Positions 62,397 to 64,000 of a stretch of 64,000 nt of DNA are shown here, one piece after another; the stretch's first letter is position 1, and the number at the start of each line of letters is the position of its first letter. A program made the translations under genes and the position numbers. The notes under the pieces were generated by a model. The model did no database searches, was not told the origin of the DNA, and saw only the letters and a program-made list of their open reading frames with translations. Origin of the DNA: Narcine bancroftii (lineage: Eukaryota); assembly GCF_036971445.1 (NCBI RefSeq), contig NC_091470.1, forward strand, positions 109,988,001-110,052,000. The letters run 5' to 3'.

Positions 62397-62913
62397 TATC
62401 TTTATCTTTGCTACACAGAGTTCACTGTTTTTACTTCAATTACTGTTTCTGCAGACTTGTGCATTTCAATTCATGTTCTATATTCAGTTCTATGCAAAAG
62501 TCCTCAATTTCCTCATGTGATCTGGTCCAGAACAATCATCTCTTATCTAAAACTGGCCTCTGGATGCTGGCCGCTCACACTCGACCCCAGCATCTGCAGA
62601 TCTTTTTGTTTAACTCCAATTTCCCTGATCATGACTTCGAACAAGTCCAATTTTGCAGAGCAAAAGTTCAATGTTTAGCAAGATAATTATGTGAAGTAAA
62701 GGTTACCAATTCATTGTACCCATTCATGTCAAGCATACGACTCTTAAATATGAAACAAAATTTTAAATCCTCTATTTATTGTGCAAGCTGTGATTTTTAC
62801 AGTGCATGTTCAGTTTGCCTCTGTTAATTATGTGTTACTCTCTGGAAGTGTACATAGGATTACACCGAACCAACATCACAGGTGATTTGACCACGTCACC
62901 CCTGTCATATATA

Positions 62914-63149
62914 CAGGTACACAATCCTTTATCCGGAACCCTTGGGGGACAGTGTGTTCCGAATTTCGGATTTTGGAAAGCCCACCCGAATTGTGCTGCC
63001 GTATCCACCCCCACCCCCTTCCTGTTGCTGTGCCGTCTCCTCCAACCTCGCCTGCCTGGCCACCCAACTCACACTGCCGGTCTCTCCCCACTTGCCGGAA
63101 TTTGGAGCTTTCCGGATTTTAGATGTCCGGATAAAGGATCGTGTACCTG
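62914..63149. mobile_element. Tigger/pogo-like MITE
   Basis: 24-bp TIR CAGGTACACAATCCTTTATCCGGA / TCCGGATAAAGGATCGTGTACCTG (1 mismatch); TA on the left flank. Confidence 0.88.
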
Positions 63150-63467
63150 CTTAACACACTCCTTCCATTTTGATTACTTTTGACATAATTTCTTTCTATT
63201 CTTTTTCTTCAATACTCTGAAAGTATGTAAAGCTTTTCAATTGTTCCCCTTTTCTTAAATGTCTGAGTGCAGAAACTTTTCTTTAGGTTATTTTTATCCT
63301 CCCAGTTATGCATTCTTAGACATCTCTCTTCATTTTCCCTCTCCAATTCATTAGAAATTTAAAAAGTACTGTATTTTTAAAAAACAAAATCCAGCCTGTT
63401 CAATCCTTCATTACAGCCTTAATGTCTTATTTCTGGAATAATTTTTGGAAATTTATTTTGTGATGAG

Positions 63468-63610
63468 CCGTCTGGTTAGTATAGCGATTGGTGCAACACT
63501 GTTATGGTGCCAGCAGCCAGTGTTCGAATCTGGCGCTGTCTGTAAGGAGTTTGCATGTTCTTCCCATGTTTGTGTGGGTTTCTCTGGTTTCCTCCCATCC
63601 TCCAAACATG
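63468..63610 (+). mobile_element. V-SINE 5' half
   Basis: GTTCGAATC B-box and V-domain. Confidence 0.8.
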
Positions 63611-64000
63611 TGGTGGGGGTGGGGGGGGGGGAGATAGTTTGACAAAGTCTAAGCATCACTGTTCTGAATCCTGTATCCCCAGCAATAACCTCATGCCCCC
63701 ATTACTAGTTTTATTTATCTCAGTGATGTATGAAGCCAATAGTTTTGTAATAATGAACAACATTGAGGTATTAATCTGAACTTGGACAGGCAAAAATTGA
63801 TCAGGGTAGCCTTGGTGGAAAATCCTGTTTGACTACGGTAATTTAATTTTCTTTTGTAAATACAACTGAAGATATTGATGAGAGCTGTACAATTGATGCA
63901 TTGAACTGAATATTTTTTCTTGCCATGTGTTCTAAGATACAATGAAAAACATTTAAAAAAAATTTGCTTATGTCGCTACGGTTGTCTGCAGGATCACAAA

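Overview
Eukaryotic, repeat-dense, essentially non-coding DNA (intron or gene desert) from a vertebrate. The repeat repertoire points to a cartilaginous fish, probably a batoid (inference): HE1/V-SINE-like SINEs sharing a 3' end with CR1 LINEs, plus Penelope, Rex1/Babar, RTE, L1 and Tx1 fragments. I recognise no intact host protein-coding gene; the meaningful ORFs are retroelement fragments, and the rest are microsatellite, N-gap or chance ORFs. Also present are several solo LTRs (two with perfect TSDs), hAT and Tc1/pogo MITEs, a 25-bp minisatellite, a hairpin-rich satellite and four assembly gaps. Most notable observations: (i) Penelope termini carrying a minimal hammerhead-ribozyme fold with U fixed at core position 3; (ii) a 190-bp foldback enclosing a Rex1 fragment; (iii) an RTE-5'UTR-derived short element nested in a SINE with a 10-bp TSD; (iv) a ~750-bp non-coding family with a YY1-like head and LINE-like tail; (v) local templated duplications; (vi) candidate enhancer-like unique islands. 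I found no convincing new multi-gene system. Boundaries of decayed repeats are approximate, and family names come from motif recognition, not database searches.
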